Of a stretch of 64,000 bases of DNA, positions 53,201 to 64,000 are shown piece after piece. Position 1 is the stretch's first letter; every line of letters starts with the position of its first letter. The notes beneath the pieces were generated by a model. That model saw nothing but the letters and a program-made list of their open reading frames with translations, ran no database searches and had not been told where the DNA came from. Source of the DNA: Flectonema sp. DT1601 (taxonomy: Eukaryota); the NCBI GenBank assembly GCA_964019425.1, contig OZ025791.1:1054001-1118000 (forward strand), written 5' to 3'. The position numbers and the translations under genes are program-made.

Positions 53201-55807
53201 ACCACACAAAGTGAGAAATTCATCAAATGGGAAATCGAGTGTCTCGTCTTCAGAAATGACGTACGACGCAACCACTGCGATACTATTACGAGAGGAGGCC
53301 GTGCTACAACGTGGCTGTGATAAAGAATTCATTGCTTCTGAAAGACACTCTGTACTACCATATGGTCGTTTTTCACAAGATGAAATAAAACAGGATAACT
53401 TTTGTGAACATGATCCTTTCGAACTTTCATCGCGACTTGTCTCAAAAGCAACAAATGATTGCGGTGATAAGTCGCACTTCTGTAATTCTCTATATGCGAC
53501 AATGCACTCGAGTGCCATCTCATCACCGCAATCCGCTTCTTGGTAACTCGTGCCTGTGAGACACCCGTAGGACTCCTTTCTGCAGGTTTCACATTCTATG
53601 TTGCACGGATTCTGAAGATTGTAACAATCCTTACAGTCATTATAGCATTGAGCAGGTTCTGGTAATTTACAGTATTCTTGGACTACACATTTCTCTCTAG
53701 TTCTACACGATGAACATGTGGCAGGGCAGTCTAGAACAAGACTGACGCTGCAGTTGCCGCAAGTTTCGATGCAATTCTTTAGAGGTTCTACGGTAGCATT
53801 ACAACTACTTGGGCAATAGCTGAGAGGATTACAGTTGTTGACGCACCAAGCAGAACAGTTCTTACCACAATCGTTGCAATGCTGTTCACAAGTACGTGCA
53901 ACTGAAGAGCCGCATCTTTTTCCGTAACAATCCGCGCAGTCAATGCATTCCTGACAGAATGCATCACGTTCTCCATTCCAATCCCCATTATTATTATCAC
54001 AAGCACCACATCTTGTACAGCTACTGCAGCCATTATCCATGTCAGGATAGCATCTCTCGTATTTTATACAAGAACTACATTCAGGGTCACATGAGTTTGT
54101 TGCTCTGCAATTGTTGCATCGTTCGTAGCAAGTTTGTGCCACGGTAGTAGCACAGAGTTGTTTAGCACATTGAATACAAGCATCGATACTCCATAATTGG
54201 TCTGACGATGTGCATTTAGTGTCGCAGTCTTGTACAATTTTGAAAGTAGGCGATTGGAATCCGTCTTTGGAATCCCCATTGCAGTAGTCGAGAGGCCTGC
54301 AGTTGTCTACACACCAACCAGGGCAGGTGGCTGAGGGATCAGAACATTGAAGGCAATGAGTATCACACGTTTTTGATACCCCAGAAGAACAACGATCAGC
54401 AAAACATGTCATACATTCATCACAAGTAGAACAGTAGGCTCTGCGTTCACCATTCCAATCACCTGATTCAAAATCTAGACAGAAAGCACACTGAGTACAC
54501 CTTTGACAACTATTTTCAAAATCTGGATAACATCTTTCGTACTTCCTGCAGTTTGAACACTTCGTCTCATCACACGACTGAGTGGCTCTACAATCACCAC
54601 ATTCTTCAAAGCATGTTGTTGCTTGAGGTTCAGTGCATGCGATTTTAGCGCAGTTTATGCAAGTTGGGTTCCACCACAAGGAATCGTAATCATTACAATT
54701 ATCTTTACAATTAGTATCAATCTTAAAGTAAGGAGAAGCAAAACCAATCTTCTCCTGACAGTAGTCAACACCTGCTGAGTTGAGACTGCACCACTCGTGG
54801 CAGGCGGAGTTTGCGACGTCACATTCTCTGCAATATTTTTGTGATGCTTTTGCTGCAGCAGTATAGCACTTGTCAACGACACACACACTGCACTCCGAAC
54901 AGTGCTCAGTGCAAAAACCTTCCCTATTACCCTCCCAGGTGTCGTCATTGTTTACAAGACAAGGCTGGCACATTGCACACCTTGCACAACCGTCTTGCAA
55001 CAAGTCCGGGTAGCAGTGAGTGTACTTTTGGCAGTCATTACAAGTTGAATCACATGGAACACTATTAATTGGATCAGTTCCAGGATAGCCGCAGGTAGAG
55101 CACATATCAAAACATCTTTTTGCATCATCCTGAAGACAACGTTGAGCATGACAAACAGCACACCTTGGATTATTAATAGAAGTGATATCACACTTATCGC
55201 AATCACTCTCAAAGAAATCCTTATCTTGAGGAGCTCCTTCGTCAGCTGGAGTTGGATCTTTCGCAGGTAAGCAACGTTGTAATGGATAGCACCACATCTT
55301 ACAGTGATCATCAGTGCAAGAAAAGTCTAAACTGCACGCGCACTGAGTGTTACACATGTTAACAATTAGATTTCCTGCCTCACTTTCACAGGAACCACTA
55401 ACACATGTTCCACAATTATCACAAGGAGCTCCAACACAACCAGTAATTGAATCCATGTATCTTCCTGTACTGTCAAAGCAGTCGTTGCATCCGGCGCAGT
55501 CTTTGCAAGAGCTTCCTGTTGTTACTTCATAGTCGAAAGCTTTACAATATGATAACTCAATACAATTAGAACAGGAACTGTCACAAGTTTCTAGAGCACC
55601 TCCACATCTATCGACTGTACAATGTCCACAAGCATTGAGATCAGCATCTTGACATCTTGATGCTAAACATGACTGGCATGTTCTACAACTTTCACACTCT
55701 GAGTCTCCCATTCTTCCAACACATGACCAACACTCATTGCAGGATTCACACTGACTCTGTACTCCAACAACGAGGGTCACCAATAGCAACGCTAACCTCA
55801 CACTCAT
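50220..55807 (-). CDS. Paralogous giant Cys-rich surface protein with ShK-like module and GPI signal; exons 55807-50378 and 50309-50220
   Basis: Colinear with the 40606-47660 gene (FRGQ.T..SC, WHR...TGWTD, GK.AGGE.CAP.IFPD, GNLRTGL, SATDGAKIVP). Intron CCT|GTATGT...AAACACAG|ACT (50377-50310) adds TIAPVLGGDASGTLVYSAVLLIACLALVF*. Confidence 0.85.
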
Positions 55808-56196
55808 ATGTATAAACGACTACTTCCTTAACTTTAAGAGCACTGTAGAAGAAGTATATATTTTGACACTAACTTTAGGGTACTTTACATCCGTATAAGA
55901 AGCCAACACATCACCACGCTGTATTCAAGATGAAGGTAATTAAGGTTTTTCACCCCCCTCCCGTTACGTTGATTGAACTAAACGAATGAAAACAAGAGTA
56001 ATAACTAATAAAAACAAAAAAAAAAAAAGGTTAAAATACAGCTACAAGTGTCCATTCTGCTATCGTACTACAACCCATCGGTTTGGATCGCGGTGAGGAT
56101 AGAATTAAATGAAATTTCTATAACACGACATGACACGACCTAAGACAAGCTCAGTGTGTTTAATAGTAAGGCTCATAGATATATATGTCAAGGCCT

Positions 56197-57003
56197 TTAG
56201 ATTGCTTCCACCCCAAATCTATTATTCGTTATCAAAGAGTTCCTTGGAGATGTAATTGCTCGAGGATCTTGGTAGTCAGCTAACCTAACAGGTCTCCTCG
56301 CAGTATTGTCATAAACTAAAACAGAAGCAGCTGCAGTAAGCCTCTGATCTGATTTCTTATTTGGAATGAGATATGGTTCATCAGATAGAATTGATAAAGT
56401 GATAGGTGAAGGGATTAATGATTTTTGTTTACATTCTTCGATAATCATTTGACCAACTGTTCCATTTTTCCTTCTGGGAGACCTGTTTGGGATACTTGGC
56501 ATCTCATTGACTGCAAGAGGAGGCCGAGGAGGAGGAGGAGGAGGAGGAGGAGGAGGTAACTGCAATGGCTCAAAGTCATCAGCGTATATTTGTTTTACCA
56601 CAGACCTATCTCGTGATAAACTAGTTGGTGTTGCTCTAGTGCTACGAGGAGTGTCCAACATTCTCAATCTCGGTGATGTTTTAGGTGAGATGGTTAATGA
56701 TCTGTAAGCAGGTGCCTCAACGTCAAAAACAGGATCAATAATCGGAAGTGGTAAGACATCATTATTCACTCTTTGATGAAGTACATGATTTATGTAAACT
56801 ACTTCTGGATTTCGTTGAGGACTTTTATATTTCAAAACTGATTTCACTGGACTCGAGTACCTACTCTCTGGAGTCCGCCTTGCTGAAGAGTAGGAATTCC
56901 GCTTCCCAGAAGTGGAAAACTCACCTCCACCACACTCTGGACATTTAACAGCGTAGGAAAGTAGACCTGCTTTTCCGCAACGGTAACAGGATTTCTGTCG
57001 CAT
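56197..57003 (-). CDS. Hypothetical protein with N-terminal C4 zinc ribbon and poly-Pro tract
   Basis: CYRCG...CPECG at the N-terminus; the remainder is S/P/R-rich. Confidence 0.65.
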   Translation of the reverse strand: MRQKSCYRCGKAGLLSYAVKCPECGGGEFSTSGKRNSYSSARRTPESRYSSPVKSVLKYKSPQRNPEVVYINHVLHQRVNNDVLPLPIIDPVFDVEAPAYRSLTISPKTSPRLRMLDTPRSTRATPTSLSRDRSVVKQIYADDFEPLQLPPPPPPPPPPRPPLAVNEMPSIPNRSPRRKNGTVGQMIIEECKQKSLIPSPITLSILSDEPYLIPNKKSDQRLTAAASVLVYDNTARRPVRLADYQDPRAITSPRNSLITNNRFGVEAI

Positions 57004-57571
57004 TGTTTTTTCCTTTAAAATCTATTATAATAATAAGATAAGAAATCTCAGATCAATAAATCGGTATCCACAAACTCTGTTTTTTGAATTCCTATTAAAA
57101 TAGTTACAATTATTTCACTGACCGACTTAAAGGCAGTTCACTTAGACAACGTTGTCAATGAAGGGAAACTAAAACGACGACCGAAAGAATGCATGCTAGT
57201 AAAAAGCAAACCCTAAAAAGTACAAGATATGATTATTTTTTTTATTTTTTTGTTGTTGTCTGTTACTGTTGGTGTTGCGCATCACCAGGTAGCATTTACT
57301 CCATCTGATGATACAAAAAAGGAGTGCTGACCGAATACAGAGATAGCAGTCGTGTGATAAGTTGTTTTTTTTTTTTTTTTGGCATTCGTCACGATACTCA
57401 CGAGGAGTAGTATCATTTAAAGAACATCAAGGAGGGGAGTCAACCCCATCAGGAAGTTTAATGATCGAAGCAAAAAAAGCACGATAATGAACGAACTCGT
57501 CAGCTCTAACTACCGCGATTATGGCAGCAAAACTGGAACAAATATTCATCAAATTATTAAAAGCTTCTAAC

Positions 57572-58753
57572 CTAACCAGCAATGGTAGGAACACCTGGAG
57601 TATGATAGCACCAACAATAGAAGGTTAATACAACAGGGATTATCCAATACAAAATTTTCAACGGATTCACCAAATTTATATAAAACTGTTTATATTTAGA
57701 AGGGTCATGACGGTATTGGTAATCGCTAAGCATTCCGAAGCGTTGGTGTTTTTCGAGAATATACCAACCACCTGGATCATAGTTGTCGTCACTGTAATCT
57801 GGATACAAATAATAAATAGGCGCTGTTCCATAAACTGCTACATCCATCTGACCACCCTGATTGCTATTAAGAATAGCAGTCTTGCGATAATATTTAACTA
57901 ACGGTTCATTAAAATACTCTGGTACTTCAGCAATAAAAGTAAACGCCAAACTGTTCAAAATAATATCCACGGCGTCAGAGTAACCACAAATGACTGTGCA
58001 ACTGACTGCCGCGACTATAGCGTTAAAAAACCATTGCAATAATGGAAGTATTATCGCCCATCTATTAGCAACGACTTCACCCTTTAAAGGTAGGAAATAT
58101 TCGTTAAAATCTGCGTAAGCGAGTAAGTCAGAGACGCGTTCATGAACCCTGTAGTAGACACAGCAAAGTACCCAAAGAGAGCAAATCATTTGAAGGATAA
58201 CGGTGTATAACGAAGAGCTTTGAAATATATTTTGATAGAAATAACGCTCCAGTTCGAGTCTCCTTATTTTATGTCCCAGCAGTGAGAATATCGGATCATG
58301 GGATGTGCAGTCGGAGTCATCACCAGCGATTTTATGATATTGTGCAAGACTGTCTTTATCTTCACAATCGAATATGAATACATCAGTTTCAACTGTCGGT
58401 GGAAACACCATCGTCAAAGTCCCTAAGGCAAACATCTGAGATACTATAATAAATAAAAGCATTACCCAAAGAAGGCGCATTTGTTTGTTTTTCCAAACCC
58501 AAAAGCTGTACATTCCTTCTGTTGCATTCTTTGCCAGAAGGAAAGCAGTGGCATAGACATCCTGAATGATCTCACCGTCTTCAAAACCATCGTCTGATTC
58601 CTCTTTGATACCAGATACTTTCTGTAACTCATCTTTTAACTTCTCAACATCAGATTTTACTGCTGCGATGTCTGACGCAACAATTCGATGTGCTGCTGGG
58701 TTGGGTGCTGATGGAGGTCGTCGGTTTGCAACAGAATTCCTCAGCATATTCAA
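57572..58753 (-). CDS. Multi-pass membrane protein of unknown function
   Basis: 393 aa with about five hydrophobic segments and the motif DAVDIILNSLAFTFIAEV. ATG at 58747. Confidence 0.7.
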   Translation of the reverse strand: MNMLRNSVANRRPPSAPNPAAHRIVASDIAAVKSDVEKLKDELQKVSGIKEESDDGFEDGEIIQDVYATAFLLAKNATEGMYSFWVWKNKQMRLLWVMLLFIIVSQMFALGTLTMVFPPTVETDVFIFDCEDKDSLAQYHKIAGDDSDCTSHDPIFSLLGHKIRRLELERYFYQNIFQSSSLYTVILQMICSLWVLCCVYYRVHERVSDLLAYADFNEYFLPLKGEVVANRWAIILPLLQWFFNAIVAAVSCTVICGYSDAVDIILNSLAFTFIAEVPEYFNEPLVKYYRKTAILNSNQGGQMDVAVYGTAPIYYLYPDYSDDNYDPGGWYILEKHQRFGMLSDYQYRHDPSKYKQFYINLVNPLKILYWIIPVVLTFYCWCYHTPGVPTIAG

Positions 58754-59589
58754 ACTTGAGTTGCTTTCCTTTCATAAAATATATAAATAACAACAAAAAA
58801 CAAAATATAAAGATCCAACAATGCATTATTTCGATTGGCCTACATCACTGTATCTTCTCAACCTGTTAAAAGAAAAAGGAATGCCTGTTCTTCTTAAGTT
58901 GCATACGTTGCTTAGTTACAAAGCCAAAAAAAAATAAGCTTCTTTTTAAATACAAACAAAGAAAGTTACAAGAAGTTCATTGTCCTTGGGGACTAGTTTC
59001 GTAGGAAAGACAGCTGAAGGAATGAAACTTTTTTTTTTTTTTTTTTTTTCCTTTCTTTTTCCTTTCTTTTTTTTTCTTTTTCTTTCTCCCTCCCCAGGAG
59101 ACCTGTCGTCTTCCTGTAAGAATAAAAAAGGAGAACACGTAAAGAATACAGCGAAGAATAATTCTAAAGTGTTGCTCTGCCAACACAATTTCCACTGCAT
59201 TGGTAGGTTATAACGTCCGATAGATATATAAACAAATAAACAAAATAATCACTACAAGAGCTTCGTCCCAACTTGGGAGAACAATCTCTCACCAGATTGT
59301 TTATTATCTTTTATCTTTTTTTTTTTTCTATTCAATCGATAAGGCAAGTTCACTTCCAGAGATCAGTACATACAACTTCGATATAATAAGGACAAGAAAT
59401 GGGGAAGGGAAACAAAACCCACAATTATTCTCAGTGACTGCTAGCCACCAAGAACCCAACAGGGGAATTGTACATTAATAAGTTTATAAGTGTCATAAGG
59501 ATTGGAGGAAGGGAGGAGAAAGAATGAAGGGATAAAGGTTTCGTGTACATATAAAAAATATTAAACCAGAGATCTAGTAGTCATCGTCT

Positions 59590-60999
59590 TTATTGCACAC
59601 CAGCAGCTAAGCTAGGTGATGATGAATACCTGTTAATATTAGAGGCCTGTTGAGATGATGAGTAACGCTGTGGAGATGCCTGCTGTTGGTGTTGATCGAG
59701 GTAATGAATTCCAACAAGAGTTGGTGATTGCATTTGACCACAAGACTGAGAGCTACCAGTTCTCTGTTGTAAGTATTGCTGTTGTTGCTGTTGATTAGTT
59801 GGTGACGACTGCTGAACATATTTTGGGGAAGCTGATCCAGCTCGAGGTGACGACGCAGCAGCTGATGCCACTTCATTCATTATCGCATGAAGTGCTGACC
59901 TAGCCTGATGTAATTTAACTTCAGAATCGTATCCACTACTGGCACCACATACAATAGCTTCTTGCGCCTTAGCTAATTGGTTAGATAATGATTGATTTTC
60001 AGTTACTCTCTCCGTCAGTTGCTTCTGTAAGTCTGTAACTTTATATTTCAATTCGTTTACCTGAACGAGGATGGCAGCTTGTGCTGCTTCGGCCGAGTGC
60101 AGAGATTTGCGAGCCCCGGAATTTCTACTGCTCAGTTGGGTTTTCAAATCACCAATCTGCTGGGTTTTTGTCGTGTTGTCAGATTTCAATTTTGTAATCT
60201 CACGATTCAGTCGAGTTTCTGTTTCCTTGATTCGGGTAGCAAGCTTTGAACGTTCTTCATTAAGAACTCTAATCTTCGCATCGGTGTTTGAGTTCGCCTG
60301 AAGACGTTGAAGGGCTTCAACCTGGTCGCGGGATAACTTCAATTCGCGATCCTTAGCAGCGACTTGTGCTTCAAGTTCAGCAATGCGAGCCTCTGGTGAC
60401 AAGATAGAATCAGGTGCTGTAATAGAGACTGGGCTATCATCTCGTACCGGTAATTCGATTATTTGCTGAATCTGAGAATGTGAAGCCCCCAAAGAATTTG
60501 GAACAACAGAATTATTAGAAACTCTACTCCGAACAGTACTGTCAAGAGCATCAGCTTCAGGTAGTGTTGGGGGAAGACCTGGACTTCTTGGTTCAGACAT
60601 CTTTCTAACACTTAATGCTGACGGGTGTCGACTGATTGCTGGACTATTTCCAGGTGATTTACCACTTTTACTCGATAAGAATGCGTTCCCAATAGTATCC
60701 CTCAACTGCTGTGGTGATGGAGATAGCGGCGACCTGGGAGTAGGAACTCCCTTCGGCCCACTTGAGAATTGCTGCATAGGCGATCCTGGTGAAGACGGTA
60801 TCACCACAGCAGGTGCTTTTCTCATTTCTGTTGGGCTCTTCGGTTGAAAAGGTTTCTTCCATGGATTGGCTGCTTCCTCTTCTCCATTTCCTACGGTAGA
60901 TGGCGGTCCTGCAAACTTCTTAAAAGGGCTGGGCTTCACATCATCATCTTGTTGAAGTTGCTTCTTCCAAGGGTTGGGACGCTCCTCTGCTTCCGACAT
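59590..60999 (-). CDS. Coiled-coil protein with Ser/Pro-rich N-terminus and Gln-rich C-terminus
   Basis: 469-aa ATG ORF; heptad region ARIAELEAQV...LAKAQE; NPWKK occurs twice. Confidence 0.7.
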   Translation of the reverse strand: MSEAEERPNPWKKQLQQDDDVKPSPFKKFAGPPSTVGNGEEEAANPWKKPFQPKSPTEMRKAPAVVIPSSPGSPMQQFSSGPKGVPTPRSPLSPSPQQLRDTIGNAFLSSKSGKSPGNSPAISRHPSALSVRKMSEPRSPGLPPTLPEADALDSTVRSRVSNNSVVPNSLGASHSQIQQIIELPVRDDSPVSITAPDSILSPEARIAELEAQVAAKDRELKLSRDQVEALQRLQANSNTDAKIRVLNEERSKLATRIKETETRLNREITKLKSDNTTKTQQIGDLKTQLSSRNSGARKSLHSAEAAQAAILVQVNELKYKVTDLQKQLTERVTENQSLSNQLAKAQEAIVCGASSGYDSEVKLHQARSALHAIMNEVASAAASSPRAGSASPKYVQQSSPTNQQQQQQYLQQRTGSSQSCGQMQSPTLVGIHYLDQHQQQASPQRYSSSQQASNINRYSSSPSLAAGVQ

Positions 61000-61312
61000 A
61001 TTTGTTCCGCTTTTCTTGTTTTTTCCTCTTTTTTTTCGCTCTCCTTTTGCTCACCTGCGTATGAGGAATTAACTAACTAATAAAACAAATAAACAAGTAA
61101 AAAACAGATGTAGACACAAAAATTAGAGCTGATGACATCACTGATTGATGGATGGTTTGCTGTTAAATTGAATATATGGAAGTTATAAATAAAGGCAACC
61201 GACTACTTACATAGAAGTGATGAAAGACTTTCAAATACTAACTACTCACATCCCGAGACGACACTTTCATATACGAAAGAGGAGACGGGGGAACCAGAGG
61301 AACGTACTACAC

Positions 61313-61787
61313 TTAACGTCTCTTGTTCATAACTCTCTTAACGATCTTCTGTTCTTCGATAAGGAAGGCACGGACAATACGCTCTCTAACCTGGGTTCCG
61401 GTAAGAACTCCTCCGTAGGCACGGTTAACGGTCTTGCGTCTCTTTGGGGCGGCAGCGGCGTCAACAGATCTCAATGCCTAGTTGGTGGTTGGTATTTTTT
61501 ATTCACCCCAGACACAATAAAAAGAAAACAAGAGAACAGGCTTGCATGGTGGTCTCTATTTACTATTGGATTCAATCAAAAGAATAAAATGAAAATGAAA
61601 ACGGGAAAGTACACACCTTGGTTCCGGCAACACGTGCGTGTCCGAGGTATCTTGGGGTTCTTGGTCCCGAAACCTTCTTCTTGGTGTGCTGGATGTGAAG
61701 CTTTCCTCCCGGGATGTGCTTAATCACGAATTTGTTGCTCTTGGTGTTGAACTTGTTGTGACGCTTGTGGGAGAGTCTCTGAACCAT
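61313..61787 (-). CDS. RPL34: 60S ribosomal protein eL34; exons 61787-61617 and 61477-61313
   Basis: Spliced product (111 aa): [19 protein letters not shown]...PGGKL...[16 protein letters not shown]...[11 protein letters not shown]...[19 protein letters not shown]. The intron is 139 nt, GTGTGT...CTAG. Confidence 0.97.
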
Positions 61788-62121
61788 TGTTGATGTCTTT
61801 CTTTTTATAGATAGCTGTGAGTGTGGGAAATAGAAACAGTTTACAAATAATAACAACGCTCACAATAAACAGTTCTTTAGCGGACACAATGTCCCTTTCT
61901 AATGAAATAAATACGTCTACACCATTACTGGTTTCTACTAAAGTGTAATTAATAAGGAGGTTAGCGATAAGAGATTTTCACTTATTAATATAATGCTTGT
62001 GTCCTAAACACAACTAATCGATTGGCGTAGTTGCTACGCTGGACGCAGTTTTTGCCTTCGGGAAAAACAAACAATAAAGTACTACAGGCAAGATAATAAC
62101 GTGAGAATTACTACTAAAATC

Positions 62122-63105
62122 TTAATCAGAATTGGTAGGGGAAGGTGGCATCATCAGTTTTTCTAGCCCTCTGGCCACAGCTTTTTCAGCGAGCATCGCA
62201 TCTTTGGATTTCTGTGCTTCTTCAAAGTGTTTAGTCATAACCTTGTCTCCGACAGCGATTGCGTCGAATAATTCTTTCTGAAGGATTGAGTCAGCGTCTG
62301 GTCCGTTTGCTTTGTATTCTAACATTGTGTCTTTAAATATTTGATAATCAGTAAATGATAATATCAAATTCCAAAGATCAGGTGAAACCTCATCCTTACG
62401 CTCCTCCATCGTAGCAATGAATTCCTCAATATCAAAGGAAGGAACGATGCTGAGTTTCTTTGTTAAATAAGTATCCAGTTTCCGAATCCATGATTGGAAT
62501 ATTGTGTAGAATTCCAACTTATTTTCTTCTTCGTCAGTAAATTGAGAAGCATACTTTGCTTTAAATCTATTTTGTAGATTACGAAAGTGGATATCTGCTT
62601 CAATTGTTTCTTCAAGTACGGATGTCGCGAGTTCAAACATGTCGTAGGAGGTGTCGGTTGGTATTTTGAAATCTTTTTGAACGATGTCTGCGAGAACCTT
62701 CGGATCAAAGTTAACATCTCCGATATCAGAAGTTGCTGAATCATCTGAAGGAATATCTATCTCTTCTTCCTCTTCCAGGTGTTCGTCTTCTTGACATTTA
62801 AGTGGTTCTACAAGTGGTAGTGGAACGAGTAGTGTTTGTTTATCGTCTTTGGGTTTGCTTGTACTCGTCAATGAAATTTTGTTTTCGATACAGTCATTTT
62901 GTTTATATCTCGCAGGAAGCATTTCATATGGGTTAGCTTTTATTTCCTTCTTTATCGCCTCAAGTTTTCCCTCAGTATGCTGCTGCCAACTTAGTTCTTC
63001 TTGTCTCCGTCTGGCTACCTGAGTAGCGTAGTCTTCTTCTTCTACTTCATCGTCGGATGTTGAGCTCTCGCTGGATGTGATTGATGACTGGTCACTGTCG
63101 TTCAT
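62122..63105 (-). CDS. ARL2BP: ARL2-binding (BART) domain protein with acidic N-terminal extension
   Basis: LQNRFKAKY...FTDEEENKLEFYTIF...FDIEEF...LILSFTDYQIFKDTMLEYK fits the BART domain. Confidence 0.8.
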   Translation of the reverse strand: MNDSDQSSITSSESSTSDDEVEEEDYATQVARRRQEELSWQQHTEGKLEAIKKEIKANPYEMLPARYKQNDCIENKISLTSTSKPKDDKQTLLVPLPLVEPLKCQEDEHLEEEEEIDIPSDDSATSDIGDVNFDPKVLADIVQKDFKIPTDTSYDMFELATSVLEETIEADIHFRNLQNRFKAKYASQFTDEEENKLEFYTIFQSWIRKLDTYLTKKLSIVPSFDIEEFIATMEERKDEVSPDLWNLILSFTDYQIFKDTMLEYKANGPDADSILQKELFDAIAVGDKVMTKHFEEAQKSKDAMLAEKAVARGLEKLMMPPSPTNSD

Positions 63106-64000
63106 TTTTTATACTATATTTAATCTTGCTGTGAGTATCATAAATAATAAGTAGGAAATTGTAAATAATTATAACACAACAGATTGTAGTTTCAGGTCTC
63201 AAATAATCGCCATTAATTATTTATACTGTGAGGAATGAATAAAATACAATCACAAATAACACATCAAACAACACACAAACAGACTGAAAAGTGGGAGTAA
63301 CGTTTCTGTTGGGGAACGGGACGGGCAGGAGGTAGGAAAGGGGGCCCCTGGCTTTTTTTTTTTCGTTCTTTCGGGACTTTCTTTACGTTTTTTTTTCTTT
63401 CCAACCCACCCCATATTTCATCGTAAGATGCTTTCTGTCCACAACCAAAATTGAATAGTTGAGTACTTATCACAGCTATTGCAGTAAAAGACGAAATGCG
63501 CCCCTCCAGTAAAAAAATAAAATAATAAAAAAACAACTTTCGCTGCTCTGTAATTTTGCTATCTACGAAGTACTCGATTAGTAGACTGAAAGCCGTGACC
63601 GAATTATAATTTGAGCAATCGTCACATAAGGCAGGTGAGTTCATATTTAATGAAATGTTTTTTTTTTTTTTTTTTTTTTTTTTCCCGCAGCTAATTGCGG
63701 TTCAAAACACGTTTCACACCTACAAAGAAATACAAGCAGCAGCTTGATCTTATAAATAAAACATCCTTACAGCTTCTTATCGAGTCACAATAATGAAAGC
63801 GTCTTTAATGCAGCTGCAGTTACTATCATTAATTTTAGAACAGAAAAGTGAGAATAAGAAAAGTAGAGATTAGTAAAAGAAAAGTATTCATTTCTGCAGT
63901 TTCCTAACATCAAAAGGGTAATAGAATATGTAGTTTCAGGAGCCTTAATCTTATACTACTTGTCCCTTTTTAGTCCTTCATCAGTAAGTTCTAAGGGACT

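Noticed and set aside
40704..55807. Multiheme cytochrome or ferredoxin reading of the CxxC repeats
   Set aside because: CxxCH is only sporadic, and the signal peptide plus GPI-like tail point to a disulfide- or metal-rich surface protein.
61217..61723. 168-aa plus-strand ORF
   Set aside because: Antisense shadow of RPL34.
1..64000. Spliced-leader RNA, rRNA or snRNA genes
   Set aside because: I found no CAGTTTCTGTACT SL core or other recognisable structural RNA by eye; a covariance-model search is needed to exclude them.

Overview
AT-rich eukaryotic nuclear DNA, most likely a euglenozoan protist such as a diplonemid. The ribosomal protein eL34 has the Cys-less kinetoplastid-type signature, all ~20 credible genes lie head-to-tail on the minus strand as in a polycistronic directional cluster, and several genes carry short GT-AG cis-introns. 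Gene order: F-box membrane protein, secreted laccase, Dicer-like RNase III protein, SAM protein, coiled-coil/NTF2-like protein, bacterial-type PbfA phosphonate ammonia-lyase, ankyrin protein, triple-FYVE protein, Shisa/WBP1-like protein, Pmp3-like protein, threonine deaminase homologue lacking its PLP lysine, two hypothetical proteins, Vps60/CHMP5, two paralogous giant Cys-rich surface proteins, Zn-ribbon protein, membrane protein, coiled-coil protein, RPL34, BART-domain protein. There are also two TIR-bounded non-autonomous DNA transposons and several dispersed repeats. Highlights: (1) a probably mitochondrion-targeted PbfA in a eukaryote; (2) an IlvA pseudo-enzyme with intact regulatory domains; (3) a DCL2-like protein with a degenerate N-terminal RNase III domain and a ~1400-aa duplicating tail; (4) two giant CxxC/ShK-like proteins whose GPI-signal exon lies behind an equivalent stop-containing intron. 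All family calls come from motif recognition by eye; no database search was run.
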